Virus record (IMG/VR): IMGVR_UViG_3300028364_000018
Coordinates: 58,488 to 122,487 of that record
Length of the DNA: 64,000 nt
Source: a virus
Strand: one strand, 5' to 3'
The position numbers were made by a program, and so were the translations under genes. Positions within the stretch are counted from its first letter, which is position 1. Every line of letters begins with the position of its first letter. Below are positions 1 to 8,244 of this stretch, one piece after another. Under the pieces are notes generated by a model. That model had not been told where the DNA came from. It did no database searches and saw nothing but the letters and a program-made list of their open reading frames with translations.

Positions 1-321
1 CCCCTTTCAATCGCTCTTGAGCGCATTCATGATGCGGTGCGTACCCATAAAGGCAGGCTTCACTTTGTACACGCTGAAGACCTGACAAACGATCCACAAG
101 AAACGATGAACAAGGTCTGGTCGTATCTGGGGATGGATCCATTTGTACACAACACCAATAACGTGGAACAATACACCACCGAACATGAGCTTGGATTCCC
201 CTATGGGGACCATAAAATAAGACCCAAGATCGAACCGCTTAAAAAAGAGTGGAACGAGGTATTGGGCAGAGATTTATCAAGCGCAATCGCAACAAAATTC
301 CAATGGATAAACGAATTATGA
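1..321 (+). CDS. Sulfotransferase-family protein, C-terminal part (5' end outside window)
   Basis: Frame is open from base 1. LHFVHAEDLTNDPQETMNKVWSYLG matches the sulfotransferase 3'-PB motif region (YEDL..DP...+..+..FLG). Confidence 0.7.
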   Translation, partial: PLSIALERIHDAVRTHKGRLHFVHAEDLTNDPQETMNKVWSYLGMDPFVHNTNNVEQYTTEHELGFPYGDHKIRPKIEPLKKEWNEVLGRDLSSAIATKFQWINEL

Positions 322-875
322 AATACGCAATAACAGGACCAAGAGGACGGATATTTAATATCCTAGACGAAGAACCGCAACGGGAGCATTCTTCTCTTAC
401 GGACGAACAAGCGGTGCAAGCCTCCGAGGGTATCTGGTTCATCGTCGAAGGTGAGTTAAAAACACAGGCGGAGTTCCGTGTAGTGGCACAGGCACAGAGA
501 CAGGCTGAACGCATGACTGAGCTGTATGCTCAAGACCCGGCCCAAGCCAAGGCACACAAACGCCAAGCGCTATCGGATGCACGCTACCAAGCGGAGATAG
601 GAGGCACGACCTTCAACGGCATCCCCCTCCGCACGGACAGGCAGACGCAGGCAACGCTCACAAGCGCGATGCTCTTTGCGCAAGCCGATGCAAACTTCAC
701 GACTGACTGGAAGCTGGGCGATGGGCAATTTATCACGCTGGATGCCGCGACTGTCATCGGCCTTGCGGGTGCGGTTCTCTCCCATGTGCAGACGCAATTC
801 ACGCGGGAGAAAGACCTAAATGCCCTTGTCGATTCCGCGACTACCGCCGAAGAACTTAACACCATCACTTGGTAA
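318..875 (+). CDS. DUF4376-type tail-fibre-associated protein
   Basis: ATG at 318 overlaps the upstream stop (ATGA). The C-terminus RYQAEIGG..RTDRQTQ..DWKLGDGQFITLDA..VQTQF.REKDL..ATTAEELNTITW is typical of DUF4376. Confidence 0.7.
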   Translation: MKYAITGPRGRIFNILDEEPQREHSSLTDEQAVQASEGIWFIVEGELKTQAEFRVVAQAQRQAERMTELYAQDPAQAKAHKRQALSDARYQAEIGGTTFNGIPLRTDRQTQATLTSAMLFAQADANFTTDWKLGDGQFITLDAATVIGLAGAVLSHVQTQFTREKDLNALVDSATTAEELNTITW

Positions 876-885
876 CAAATAAATT

Positions 886-1275
886 ATGACAAAATTACTA
901 CTAACGATTTGCATCCTGACTTTTACAGGGTGCTCAACTCCTACCCCGTCTGACTCCAAACCTGTACCGGAAAACTACATGGGGCATCCTACGCTCACGC
1001 GTGGGCTTTTCCGAGAGCTACATGGCTCCTACTTTAACGAGACCGCTGAAAGTCGTATGGTGGTGCGGGTTGAGATGGGCACTGAGTATCAATACGAGTA
1101 CTCCTCACGCCTCTACGAAAATAAGCTTACCTATGAGTTCCGCGTTTGGATCGGTAATACGCAAACGGATTTTGATCGAGCGGTAAGCGACATCATGGCG
1201 ACGATTAAAACCCTGCCAGAAGAGGATTGGGGTAAGCTTGATGTCGGTCTAAATTATGATCGGGGTCAGCTATGA
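886..1275 (+). CDS. Lipoprotein, partner of S8 protease (copy 1)
   Basis: Signal peptide with lipobox FTGC. Paralog of 8228..8608 (shared L.G.YFN and PEEDWG.LD..L.YDR). Confidence 0.8.
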   Translation: MTKLLLTICILTFTGCSTPTPSDSKPVPENYMGHPTLTRGLFRELHGSYFNETAESRMVVRVEMGTEYQYEYSSRLYENKLTYEFRVWIGNTQTDFDRAVSDIMATIKTLPEEDWGKLDVGLNYDRGQL

Positions 1276-2249
1276 CGTTTCGGGTCGATGATCATGGGGC
1301 ATCTACCCCGCCTGATGTAATTCGGGTTTTGGTTAATGATACCTGGGGCGGAGAATTGCACCCCGCGCAAGCCAAGCTGTTTCCTTGGGCAGATGTCCGT
1401 CGATTGGACTACAAAGCTCTACGCAATCCGCACGGTCACATGGTTCTTGTAGAGTTTCTGCTTGCTTTAAAACGTGCACACATCGAAAAATACGGGATAC
1501 TTCCAAACCGCGTAGAGGTTGATATGTTTCCGTTTTTAGAGATGCAACGCAAGTATCCAGATAGCTGGTTTACAAATATTGCAAAGAAAAAGTATCATGC
1601 CGTAATCAATTCTTGGGGGGATGCCTCTCGCTCCATTTTAGACATGGCCTTTGCCAAATCTAAATTTGCTCAATCCGATAAGCGTAAACGCATTGAGGAT
1701 GCTGTAGGTGACACGCTCCTTTTTTGGGCTTCGGGAAATTCGGATGTTTCGGAGCGTGGAAAGCCTGATGTCCAGTTAAATCTAAATTATACGCAATACC
1801 TTTTACGGAGATTTATCGAGTCCTCAATCATTGTGGGCAGCTGCGATCAGGTTGGATTGCCGTCAACTTTTTCGTCCGATGGCTGGGTGGATGTCGCGTA
1901 CCGCGGCGAAAATATCTTGTTGTACAATCCGATCAACCGCAAATACCAAAAGGGTCAGGGCACAAGCTTTTCAAATCCTGCGGCCTCCGGTGACTGTGTA
2001 GGCCGTGGCCTGTTTACTGCTGAGGGCGTAAGAGCCTATTTCAAGGCTCGAGCAACCTCTCATCCATCTTGGGATGGGGACAAGTTGCATCCTAAATTTG
2101 GTGAGGGTGTGATCGTTTTTGATGGTGAGAAGCAAGTCACGAGTGATGTGCTGGCGATGCCGCTATCGTGGCACGATAATAAAAAACTGACCGTGTTTAA
2201 CCACCGCCGATTTATTAGCGGTTTGAAACTTCGTCGGGTGAGTCGATGA
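1272..2249 (+). CDS. Subtilisin-like (S8) serine protease (copy 1)
   Basis: Catalytic motifs in order: VLVNDT (Asp), PHGHMV (His), INSWG, ASGNSD (oxyanion Asn), IVGSCD..STFSSDG.VDV, GTSFSNP (Ser). Confidence 0.85.
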   Translation: MTFRVDDHGASTPPDVIRVLVNDTWGGELHPAQAKLFPWADVRRLDYKALRNPHGHMVLVEFLLALKRAHIEKYGILPNRVEVDMFPFLEMQRKYPDSWFTNIAKKKYHAVINSWGDASRSILDMAFAKSKFAQSDKRKRIEDAVGDTLLFWASGNSDVSERGKPDVQLNLNYTQYLLRRFIESSIIVGSCDQVGLPSTFSSDGWVDVAYRGENILLYNPINRKYQKGQGTSFSNPAASGDCVGRGLFTAEGVRAYFKARATSHPSWDGDKLHPKFGEGVIVFDGEKQVTSDVLAMPLSWHDNKKLTVFNHRRFISGLKLRRVSR

Positions 2250-2458
2250 AGCTTAAGCTCCTTTGTATGGCTGCTTTAATCCTGCTTACTAGCGGATGCG
2301 TCTATGTTACGATATCAATCGTTGGTGTCCAGAATAGAAGCAACACCCTTTTACCGTCGGGCGAAGCGTTGACCACCTCGGATACTGATAGTACCGGCGG
2401 TGGTTCGGTAGACGCAAAACTTTCGCCTTTAGATGAACCCTTGGAGATTGAATTATGA
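2246..2458 (+). CDS. Small lipoprotein
   Basis: MKLKLLCMAALILLTSGC lipobox; ATGA overlap with the upstream gene. Confidence 0.7.
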   Translation: MKLKLLCMAALILLTSGCVYVTISIVGVQNRSNTLLPSGEALTTSDTDSTGGGSVDAKLSPLDEPLEIEL

Positions 2459-2625
2459 AAAAGAAAATAAATAATTGGTACACCTTTGTAATTTGCTTTG
2501 TCTTACTGTTGCTCTGTCTGCTACCCCTTAGCGGATGCCGAACCTATTACAAATACTCTGATTGGGCCGAGGAGACTTTCGACCCTGATTTTACTCACCC
2601 TCAAATTGAAAACCCAGCGGAATAA
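2455..2625 (+). CDS. Small lipoprotein (56 aa, not in ORF track)
   Basis: Manual translation MKKKINNWYTFVICFVLLLLCLLPLSGCRTYYKY...ENPAE*; lipobox LSGC; ATGA overlap. Confidence 0.65.
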   Translation: MKKKINNWYTFVICFVLLLLCLLPLSGCRTYYKYSDWAEETFDPDFTHPQIENPAE

Positions 2626-2627
2626 TT

Positions 2628-3275
2628 ATGAAAAATAAAAATGGATCTACAACTTTTGAATGGATCGCCCTAATCCTAATCGCGGTCTTTGGCTTCTTTG
2701 TGCTTACAGCTTGCGCCCTAACACCAGACCAGCGGGACTCGTTGAATCGGTTATTCGCATTTGGCGAAGACGTATTCGAGGTCTATGACCAATTTAAAGA
2801 CAACGGTGAAGAAGTACCTCCTACTCCCAACCCCGATCAGCCAGACAATGACCTTGGGGAATTTGTGGATTGTACTAAACATGGCAATTTCCTGTATAAG
2901 GTGGAGGGCGGTAAACGATACCAAAAAAGCGCATCTAAAGAGAAATGGTATCTAGTTGACTGCGAGGGGGTACACTTGCCTTATAGCAACTGGTGGCTAT
3001 TAAAACTGGATTCGGAAACGGGCGGTCAAATGGCCTTACTGGTCCCATATAAATATAGAGGTTTAATTGCTTCTGTATCTGTAAATGGGGTAGGTGCAAA
3101 TGTCCGTAACAATATTGCCAATGGTGGTCGGAGCCACTACTACTTCCCAGTCACAAAGGGCCCTTATGCGGTAGTAGTAACCCTCAAAGATGGTACTGTA
3201 TTAACACATACTGTACCTGATGGCGCAATGCGTAGTGACAGACCCGGGCAAGCGGGTGAGGTTTGGGCAGACTAA
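2628..3275 (+). CDS. Exported protein/lipoprotein with Pro-rich linker
   Basis: Hydrophobic N-terminus ending in VLTAC, a PPTPNPDQP linker, then a beta-rich domain. Confidence 0.65.
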   Translation: MKNKNGSTTFEWIALILIAVFGFFVLTACALTPDQRDSLNRLFAFGEDVFEVYDQFKDNGEEVPPTPNPDQPDNDLGEFVDCTKHGNFLYKVEGGKRYQKSASKEKWYLVDCEGVHLPYSNWWLLKLDSETGGQMALLVPYKYRGLIASVSVNGVGANVRNNIANGGRSHYYFPVTKGPYAVVVTLKDGTVLTHTVPDGAMRSDRPGQAGEVWAD

Positions 3276-3491
3276 TGGCCACACGATTATTTGTGTGACG
3301 TGCTTCCTAAACTTTGCACATCCAAGCAAGCGGCTGAGGTCTTCAAAGAGTTTATGATTTTGGATGGGGTACCAAAACGCATCTGGTACCCAAAATACAA
3401 AGGTGTGCAGCATTTCGGGCCTCAGTTTGGCCGGGCTAAAGATCTGGAGGCGTTGGGCAGCCAGCCGGAGCCTGTTGTGATGTTGGGGTAA
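3276..3491 (+). pseudogene. 5'-truncated DUF1353 remnant
   Basis: Frame reads PHDYLCDVLPKLCTSKQAAEVFKEFM..VQHFGPQF, aligning to the C-terminal half of 9405..9863 (LHDFL..CDTHLASAIFMEAL..EHYGPQF). In-frame stop at 3273 and no in-frame ATG before the HD motif. Confidence 0.65.
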
Positions 3492-3704
3492 ATTTTTTTG
3501 ACCGCTAAATTTCGCTAATGAGATCGGTAAGAAATTGAGTCTTGTTCATCCCGCTTTTTTTAATGGCGATCATTAGCTTTTGATTTAAATCTTCGGGGAG
3601 CGTGAAAGAATGCCGATTGTGGTTGGGACCATCTGGCTAGATGGGGCGGTTGTTGGAGAGGACCAGAACATACAGGTGGAGTTGGTGGTCATCCCATAAA
3701 GGCC

Positions 3705-3733
3705 TTGACAAACTGCTGACTCTAAGGCAATCT
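3705..3733 (+). promoter_or_regulatory. Sigma70-like promoter
   Basis: TTGACA-N17-CAATCT, 6 nt before ATG 3740. Confidence 0.55.
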
Positions 3734-3739
3734 GCGTAG

Positions 3740-3979
3740 ATGCCTATCCAACTCCGAACAACCGATAATAAGGTCCAGATTCTCACCCCGCAAACGCGGT
3801 TTGTGGAGGTTGTGGATGACCAACAGCATTTGGTATCCCTGGTCTGGCAGGACCAGGAGGGTCTAACTTGCGTGGCTAGTACCCCGGATAAGATGATCGA
3901 CCGTTATTGCCGGATGTTCGGACTGACGCCCTGCGAATCGCGAACACTACCCAACCACATGTTTCAGGACTCCCAATGA
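3740..3979 (+). CDS. Hypothetical protein
   Basis: 79-aa ORF directly after a promoter and coupled to the next gene. Confidence 0.6.
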   Translation: MPIQLRTTDNKVQILTPQTRFVEVVDDQQHLVSLVWQDQEGLTCVASTPDKMIDRYCRMFGLTPCESRTLPNHMFQDSQ

Positions 3980-4653
3980 GCTTAATTCAGGGATTACAGG
4001 ATATAGCAGATGCGCAGGATGAGCAGGTGGTGGTGTTCGACACCCCATTGACGGCACCCCCGGAAGTGATACTGGCTGTGGTGGAGAACACATCAGCAGA
4101 CTCCCTTAAACTCGCTATATCAGCGGAGATCACCAGTAAATCCACCACGGGCTTCACCGCCTCCCTCAGTCAGACGACCAACAGTGCGAACTACAAGCTG
4201 AGTTGGTACGTATCAGACGCCGGGGCGCTCGCGGCGCTGGTCAATACAGCGTTGGGTGGCCGGCGTATATCAGAGTTACCGACCGCCCCCACCCTGGAGG
4301 AGGGTGATACGCTGACGCTTATACGTCCCTACCCCTACCCGCATGCCATGCAGGTTCAATGGGGATCTACTGCCAATGGCTTGCTCAGGCGTACTGACGT
4401 ACCGGTCTCAGAGGTAAGCCCGGGTACAGTAGGAGATTGGGCGGCGACTTCCAGTGGCTTCTGGTTCTACGGAGACAGTGGTTGGGTCCTGTATGAGGGT
4501 CAACCCGCTGTTCCACGCCTTAATTGGGTGGAGAGCGTACCGGCTGATAGCGATGCGCCTGGGACGGAGCGGGATGTGGTTTATGACGGCAACTACCTGA
4601 ATCTTTGCGTTGGGCCCAACACCTGGGTACGCTTCCAGGGCCTCACTTTCTAA
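3976..4653 (+). CDS. Tail/tail-fibre-associated protein
   Basis: ATG 3976 (ATGA overlap). RRISELPTA and the C-terminal P.DSDAPG....YDGNYLNLCVGPNTWVR motif are common in phage fibre proteins. Confidence 0.55.
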   Translation: MSLIQGLQDIADAQDEQVVVFDTPLTAPPEVILAVVENTSADSLKLAISAEITSKSTTGFTASLSQTTNSANYKLSWYVSDAGALAALVNTALGGRRISELPTAPTLEEGDTLTLIRPYPYPHAMQVQWGSTANGLLRRTDVPVSEVSPGTVGDWAATSSGFWFYGDSGWVLYEGQPAVPRLNWVESVPADSDAPGTERDVVYDGNYLNLCVGPNTWVRFQGLTF

Positions 4654-4681
4654 TTGACAACCACCAGTAACTACCTATACT
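4654..4681 (+). promoter_or_regulatory. Sigma70-like promoter
   Basis: TTGACA-N16-TATACT, 6 nt before ATG 4688. Confidence 0.7.
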
Positions 4682-4687
4682 CCGATT

Positions 4688-5005
4688 ATGAGCTACATTA
4701 CTACAATCCCATTTGGTCCCGCTGTTTTCACCCTTGTGAATGGGGTGGGAAGCGGTAGTGGCATACCCCTTCCTGCGCTGGGATCCTCCGCAGAACCCCT
4801 GACAGAGGTCGAGCCCGACTTTAGTGGGTTGTACGAGGCCGCGGGAGAGGTACGCAAGATGTACCACCAAGCAGCTTCCTTCGTTCCTCCCAGCACTTGG
4901 GTGTTGATCGGCTCTGGCGCATACGAAGCCGGGGTGTTGAACATCATCTACTTTGAGAAGGTAGGTGCTCGGGTGGAGTACTGGGTAGCACAAGAGGAAG
5001 AGTAA
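4688..5005 (+). CDS. Small fibre-related protein
   Basis: Its C-terminus (YH..W..G..Y..VLNIIYFE.V..VEYW.AQ) matches the C-terminus of tail fibre 53929..55239. Confidence 0.65.
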   Translation: MSYITTIPFGPAVFTLVNGVGSGSGIPLPALGSSAEPLTEVEPDFSGLYEAAGEVRKMYHQAASFVPPSTWVLIGSGAYEAGVLNIIYFEKVGARVEYWVAQEEE

Positions 5006-6483
5006 TGAGTTATCGACAGGCATTACTACAGAATGGTTACTCGCTTGACCCTTTGTTCTTCCGTGATTTTTTCCCAAACGGATCGGCAATTCTTTCGACG
5101 CGGGTTTTGAGTTCGGACTTTGTAGGCTCCGACCTATTAACTTCCCGCCGCTCCAGTGACAATGCGGAACTAGGTTTTACCGCACCGGCAATCGCAGATG
5201 GGACGCTTACAACTTGGGCAGGCGCGAATGATGGACTGGTTCCTACTTGGTACGACCAGAGAGTGCCTACTAATAAGGACTATATGTATTTTGGAGGTGC
5301 AAGTTCAGGGGACAAGGTTGTTTTTGGTAGTCGTATAGAATTAACTGTAAACAATTTTATAATTAAATATAAAAACCTTATCGTAGACACTCCTAGTGAT
5401 ATTGATATTCTAAACTTTGACACAGTGAGCAATGCACAAGCTGTTTGTTATCACAACACGACAAACGTCAGGGTCAGGGCATACAACTCTCCCTTTAATT
5501 TGTATAATATAAGTTTATCAACAGCTTTACCAGTAGGAACAGAATTTGATTTTGAATTGCAAAGAGTTAGCAATACTGTAACTGTGTTTTTGAACGGACT
5601 ATCAGTAGGAACTCAAACTGTTGACTCGGGAGATAACTTCGGCTTTGATAGAGTAAATGGAGATTTGACTAATAGCAGTATGTGGAAAGGATATCTTCGT
5701 AAACTAGAAGTTTATGAGGGTGCTTCTGATGTTTTAACTCATAGTTATCCCGCAGATGGAAATAAAAACTCAAACTGGACAGACCAAATCGGTTCAAACA
5801 ACGGAACAGTTTATGGTTCTCCTGCTAGAGTTTTAAAAACAGATTTTACAAAAACCTCAAGAGACTTTTCTCAATCAACAGCAGGTTCACAACCTTTAAT
5901 TGTAGAAAATGGTACTTTGATAGTTGAAAACACAAAGCCAATGATTGATTATAATGGGACAACAGACCATTTGAGATGTCCTGCTTCTAGTTTTATAACT
6001 CCAACAACAGCTTTGCAGGTGTCAGTTGTGTGTAAAAATGATAGTGCTACTTTAAGTGCTTTTGAAATTTTAATAGGTCAATACGACCACGGTTCAAATC
6101 AAAGAAATTGGTTTATGGGTGTTAATGCTGATGAAAAACTAGAACTAGCTTTTGGAGACCCTAGTAACGGAACTCTTGAAGGTAATTGGACATCAGATGC
6201 AGTCATATCTCCAGCAAATTTACAAACTGTTGGATTTACATATAACGCAGGAATAGTTCAATTAAAAGTAAATGGTTCTAACGTCGCAGGAAGTATTAGT
6301 GGCGCTATCCCAGCCACGTTATACAATTCAAATGTAGATGCAACGATTGGCTGTGTACTTTCTTCAAACTCCCCAGTTTCTCATTGGAACGGACAAATCC
6401 TAGAAGTATATGTCGCAGACAACCTAACCGACAACTTGGACGATATTCAGGCGGCGCAGATGGAAGCATTTAACATTACATAA
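5005..6483 (+). CDS. Putative receptor-binding/tail protein with concanavalin A/LamG-like domains
   Basis: RRSSDNAE..DGTL...G..DG.V.TWYDQ and QP.IV.NG motifs; C-terminal LamG-like ATIG..SHWNGQILEVYVAD. Confidence 0.7.
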   Translation: MSYRQALLQNGYSLDPLFFRDFFPNGSAILSTRVLSSDFVGSDLLTSRRSSDNAELGFTAPAIADGTLTTWAGANDGLVPTWYDQRVPTNKDYMYFGGASSGDKVVFGSRIELTVNNFIIKYKNLIVDTPSDIDILNFDTVSNAQAVCYHNTTNVRVRAYNSPFNLYNISLSTALPVGTEFDFELQRVSNTVTVFLNGLSVGTQTVDSGDNFGFDRVNGDLTNSSMWKGYLRKLEVYEGASDVLTHSYPADGNKNSNWTDQIGSNNGTVYGSPARVLKTDFTKTSRDFSQSTAGSQPLIVENGTLIVENTKPMIDYNGTTDHLRCPASSFITPTTALQVSVVCKNDSATLSAFEILIGQYDHGSNQRNWFMGVNADEKLELAFGDPSNGTLEGNWTSDAVISPANLQTVGFTYNAGIVQLKVNGSNVAGSISGAIPATLYNSNVDATIGCVLSSNSPVSHWNGQILEVYVADNLTDNLDDIQAAQMEAFNIT

Positions 6484-6488
6484 TAATT

Positions 6489-6971
6489 ATGATATACCTC
6501 CCATTAACCGCGCTCCCTCCGCAAACACTCTCTGCTAGTCTTTGGGCCTTGTCTCGACCAGATGCACAAGATAACGATACTCAATTCTATTGCGGGTGGA
6601 TCACACACCCCACGACTGATCAAAAAGCTATCGCGCTTGACCGGCTGGACACCCAGCCAATCCACGCAGACGCGGAACCAGCTATCGACGCACTCACACA
6701 GGGACTGGCTCCGTTTCTACCTGCAAACGAACTGACCGCATTGCAATCTGCTTTGATGGATGCACGAGGCGGGCGAATCAACATCGTGGACATTTTGCCC
6801 ACCACTTTTACCGACAGTCTTTTAACGCGCGATCAAGCTGAATTTGCTGGTTGGTTTCCAAAGGATGACTTGTTCACCATGCTCTCGGCTGCTGGATCAA
6901 CCTATCAGGGCCGGATGCTTTCTATCCCGCAATTTCATCGGGAATATCCGATAAAACAGGAAGAGATTTGA
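6489..6971 (+). CDS. Hypothetical protein (possible fibre chaperone)
   Basis: 160-aa ORF directly downstream of the LamG protein; the functional guess rests on position only. Confidence 0.5.
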   Translation: MIYLPLTALPPQTLSASLWALSRPDAQDNDTQFYCGWITHPTTDQKAIALDRLDTQPIHADAEPAIDALTQGLAPFLPANELTALQSALMDARGGRINIVDILPTTFTDSLLTRDQAEFAGWFPKDDLFTMLSAAGSTYQGRMLSIPQFHREYPIKQEEI

Positions 6972-7141
6972 TGCCCGATCCCACAACACCCAAACCCCAA
7001 GCCATCGATCCCAAGACGGCGTTGACCGTCCTGAAGTTCATATGGAAGTACGCGAAGACCCCTTACGCTAAGTACGCGGCGCGTCGGGCCTGGAAAGAGC
7101 AGAAGGCTATCGATACACAAGACACCCAAGGCGGAGCATGA
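6971..7141 (+). CDS. Small basic amphipathic protein (56 aa, not in ORF track)
   Basis: MPDPTTPKPQAIDPKTALTVLKFIWKYAKTPYAKYAARRAWKEQ...GGA*; TGATG and ATGA overlaps on the two sides. Confidence 0.6.
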   Translation: MPDPTTPKPQAIDPKTALTVLKFIWKYAKTPYAKYAARRAWKEQKAIDTQDTQGGA

Positions 7142-7323
7142 AGACCCTCATACTACTCGCATTACTCAGTACCGGCTGCACCAGTACCCAACGCCTATTC
7201 ATTTGGAGTAAGTCGGGCGAGGCTGTTGACAAAGAAGCGTACGACCGGGAATGGCAGAGGTTGGAGGATCAGGAGCAGGAGCAGAATTTACTGGACAAAC
7301 CGGTTGTACCTGAGTTAGAGTAG
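7138..7323 (+). CDS. Small lipoprotein (o-spanin candidate)
   Basis: MKTLILLALLSTGC lipobox; adjacent to the holin-like gene. Confidence 0.6.
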   Translation: MKTLILLALLSTGCTSTQRLFIWSKSGEAVDKEAYDREWQRLEDQEQEQNLLDKPVVPELE

Positions 7324-7361
7324 GTTGATGTCAAACCACACTCAAACATTAGGAACTTAAA

Positions 7362-7751
7362 ATGGATTTACAAGCATTAACACAGATGAGCGCCGCCGGA
7401 CTACTGGTTATCCTTGTTGTCTATGTCCTAAAGTACATGGTGAAGCAGCAGGATGCCAAAAACACCTATATGTCTGCGCAAATCGAGTCCAAGGATAAGC
7501 TATTGGAGGCCCAACGTCTGTACATCGATGACCTCCATCGTGAGGCACGTGTGGATGCGGTCAACACCGTGGGAGTCCTTGATAACGTGATGAAGGTTGT
7601 GAGGGAAACATCAGCCAATCAAACCAATCTCAGCGGTGACATACACAACCACTTCAGTTCTATAGGTGGGGCACTAACCAAACTCATGGAGAGTCTGGAT
7701 CAGCGCTTTACCCACCTTCAAGAAATGTTAGGAACCCCAAAGAAGGATTAA
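7362..7751 (+). CDS. Holin-like protein (BhlA/UviB-like single TM plus coiled coil)
   Basis: N-terminal TM AAGLLVILVVYVLKYMVK followed by a coiled coil; SD aggaac. Confidence 0.55.
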   Translation: MDLQALTQMSAAGLLVILVVYVLKYMVKQQDAKNTYMSAQIESKDKLLEAQRLYIDDLHREARVDAVNTVGVLDNVMKVVRETSANQTNLSGDIHNHFSSIGGALTKLMESLDQRFTHLQEMLGTPKKD

Positions 7752-7755
7752 TCAG

Positions 7756-8244
7756 ATGAACGCAGTATGCGAGAAATATCACGACCCTGAACTCCAAGCA
7801 TTAAGAACGGAGGTGCGAGCGAAGTCCGATTCTATCAAAGCCCTAGTTAGAGGGGTGTACGTCCCTCTTTCTGAGGGGTGTGTGACAGTCACAGCCATTC
7901 AGTGGGCGCTCACACCCTCTGCCAACGTCAGGATGCGCCTCTGCGCCCTAGACCTCGAAGACCCGGAGCACACAGTCGTAAACGTGGTGTTTGATGCGGA
8001 GGGCACCTTAGGTCTTCATCACCAACCAGAGCAGCTGACCCTATTCTGCCTATCCGGATCGGTGCTGGAAATGATTAGTGGTAAGATTGTGAACGAGGGA
8101 GAGGTGTTATCAATCGGACCACACCAGAAGATCGAGTTGGCGTCCACCCGAGCATACCTGACCCTCACATGGAGGCCCCCATTGGAAACTGCTGAAGTAG
8201 TCAACCCATATAACCCCCGGAATTGCAATGCTAAGACTTCTTAG
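7756..8244 (+). CDS. Cupin-like protein
   Basis: VFDAEGTLGLHHQP..LFCLSGSV..VNEGEVLSIGPHQKI resembles a cupin barrel. Confidence 0.45.
   Translation: MNAVCEKYHDPELQALRTEVRAKSDSIKALVRGVYVPLSEGCVTVTAIQWALTPSANVRMRLCALDLEDPEHTVVNVVFDAEGTLGLHHQPEQLTLFCLSGSVLEMISGKIVNEGEVLSIGPHQKIELASTRAYLTLTWRPPLETAEVVNPYNPRNCNAKTS

Noticed and set aside
1251-1275. Frameshift fusing the lipoprotein to the S8 protease
   Set aside because: The protease frame has a TGA at 1257 and there is no slippery heptamer; ATGA coupling explains the junction.
3610-3699. 29-aa ORF MPIVVGTIWLDG.. with an SD-like GGAG
   Set aside because: Too short and without supporting similarity; may be a remnant.
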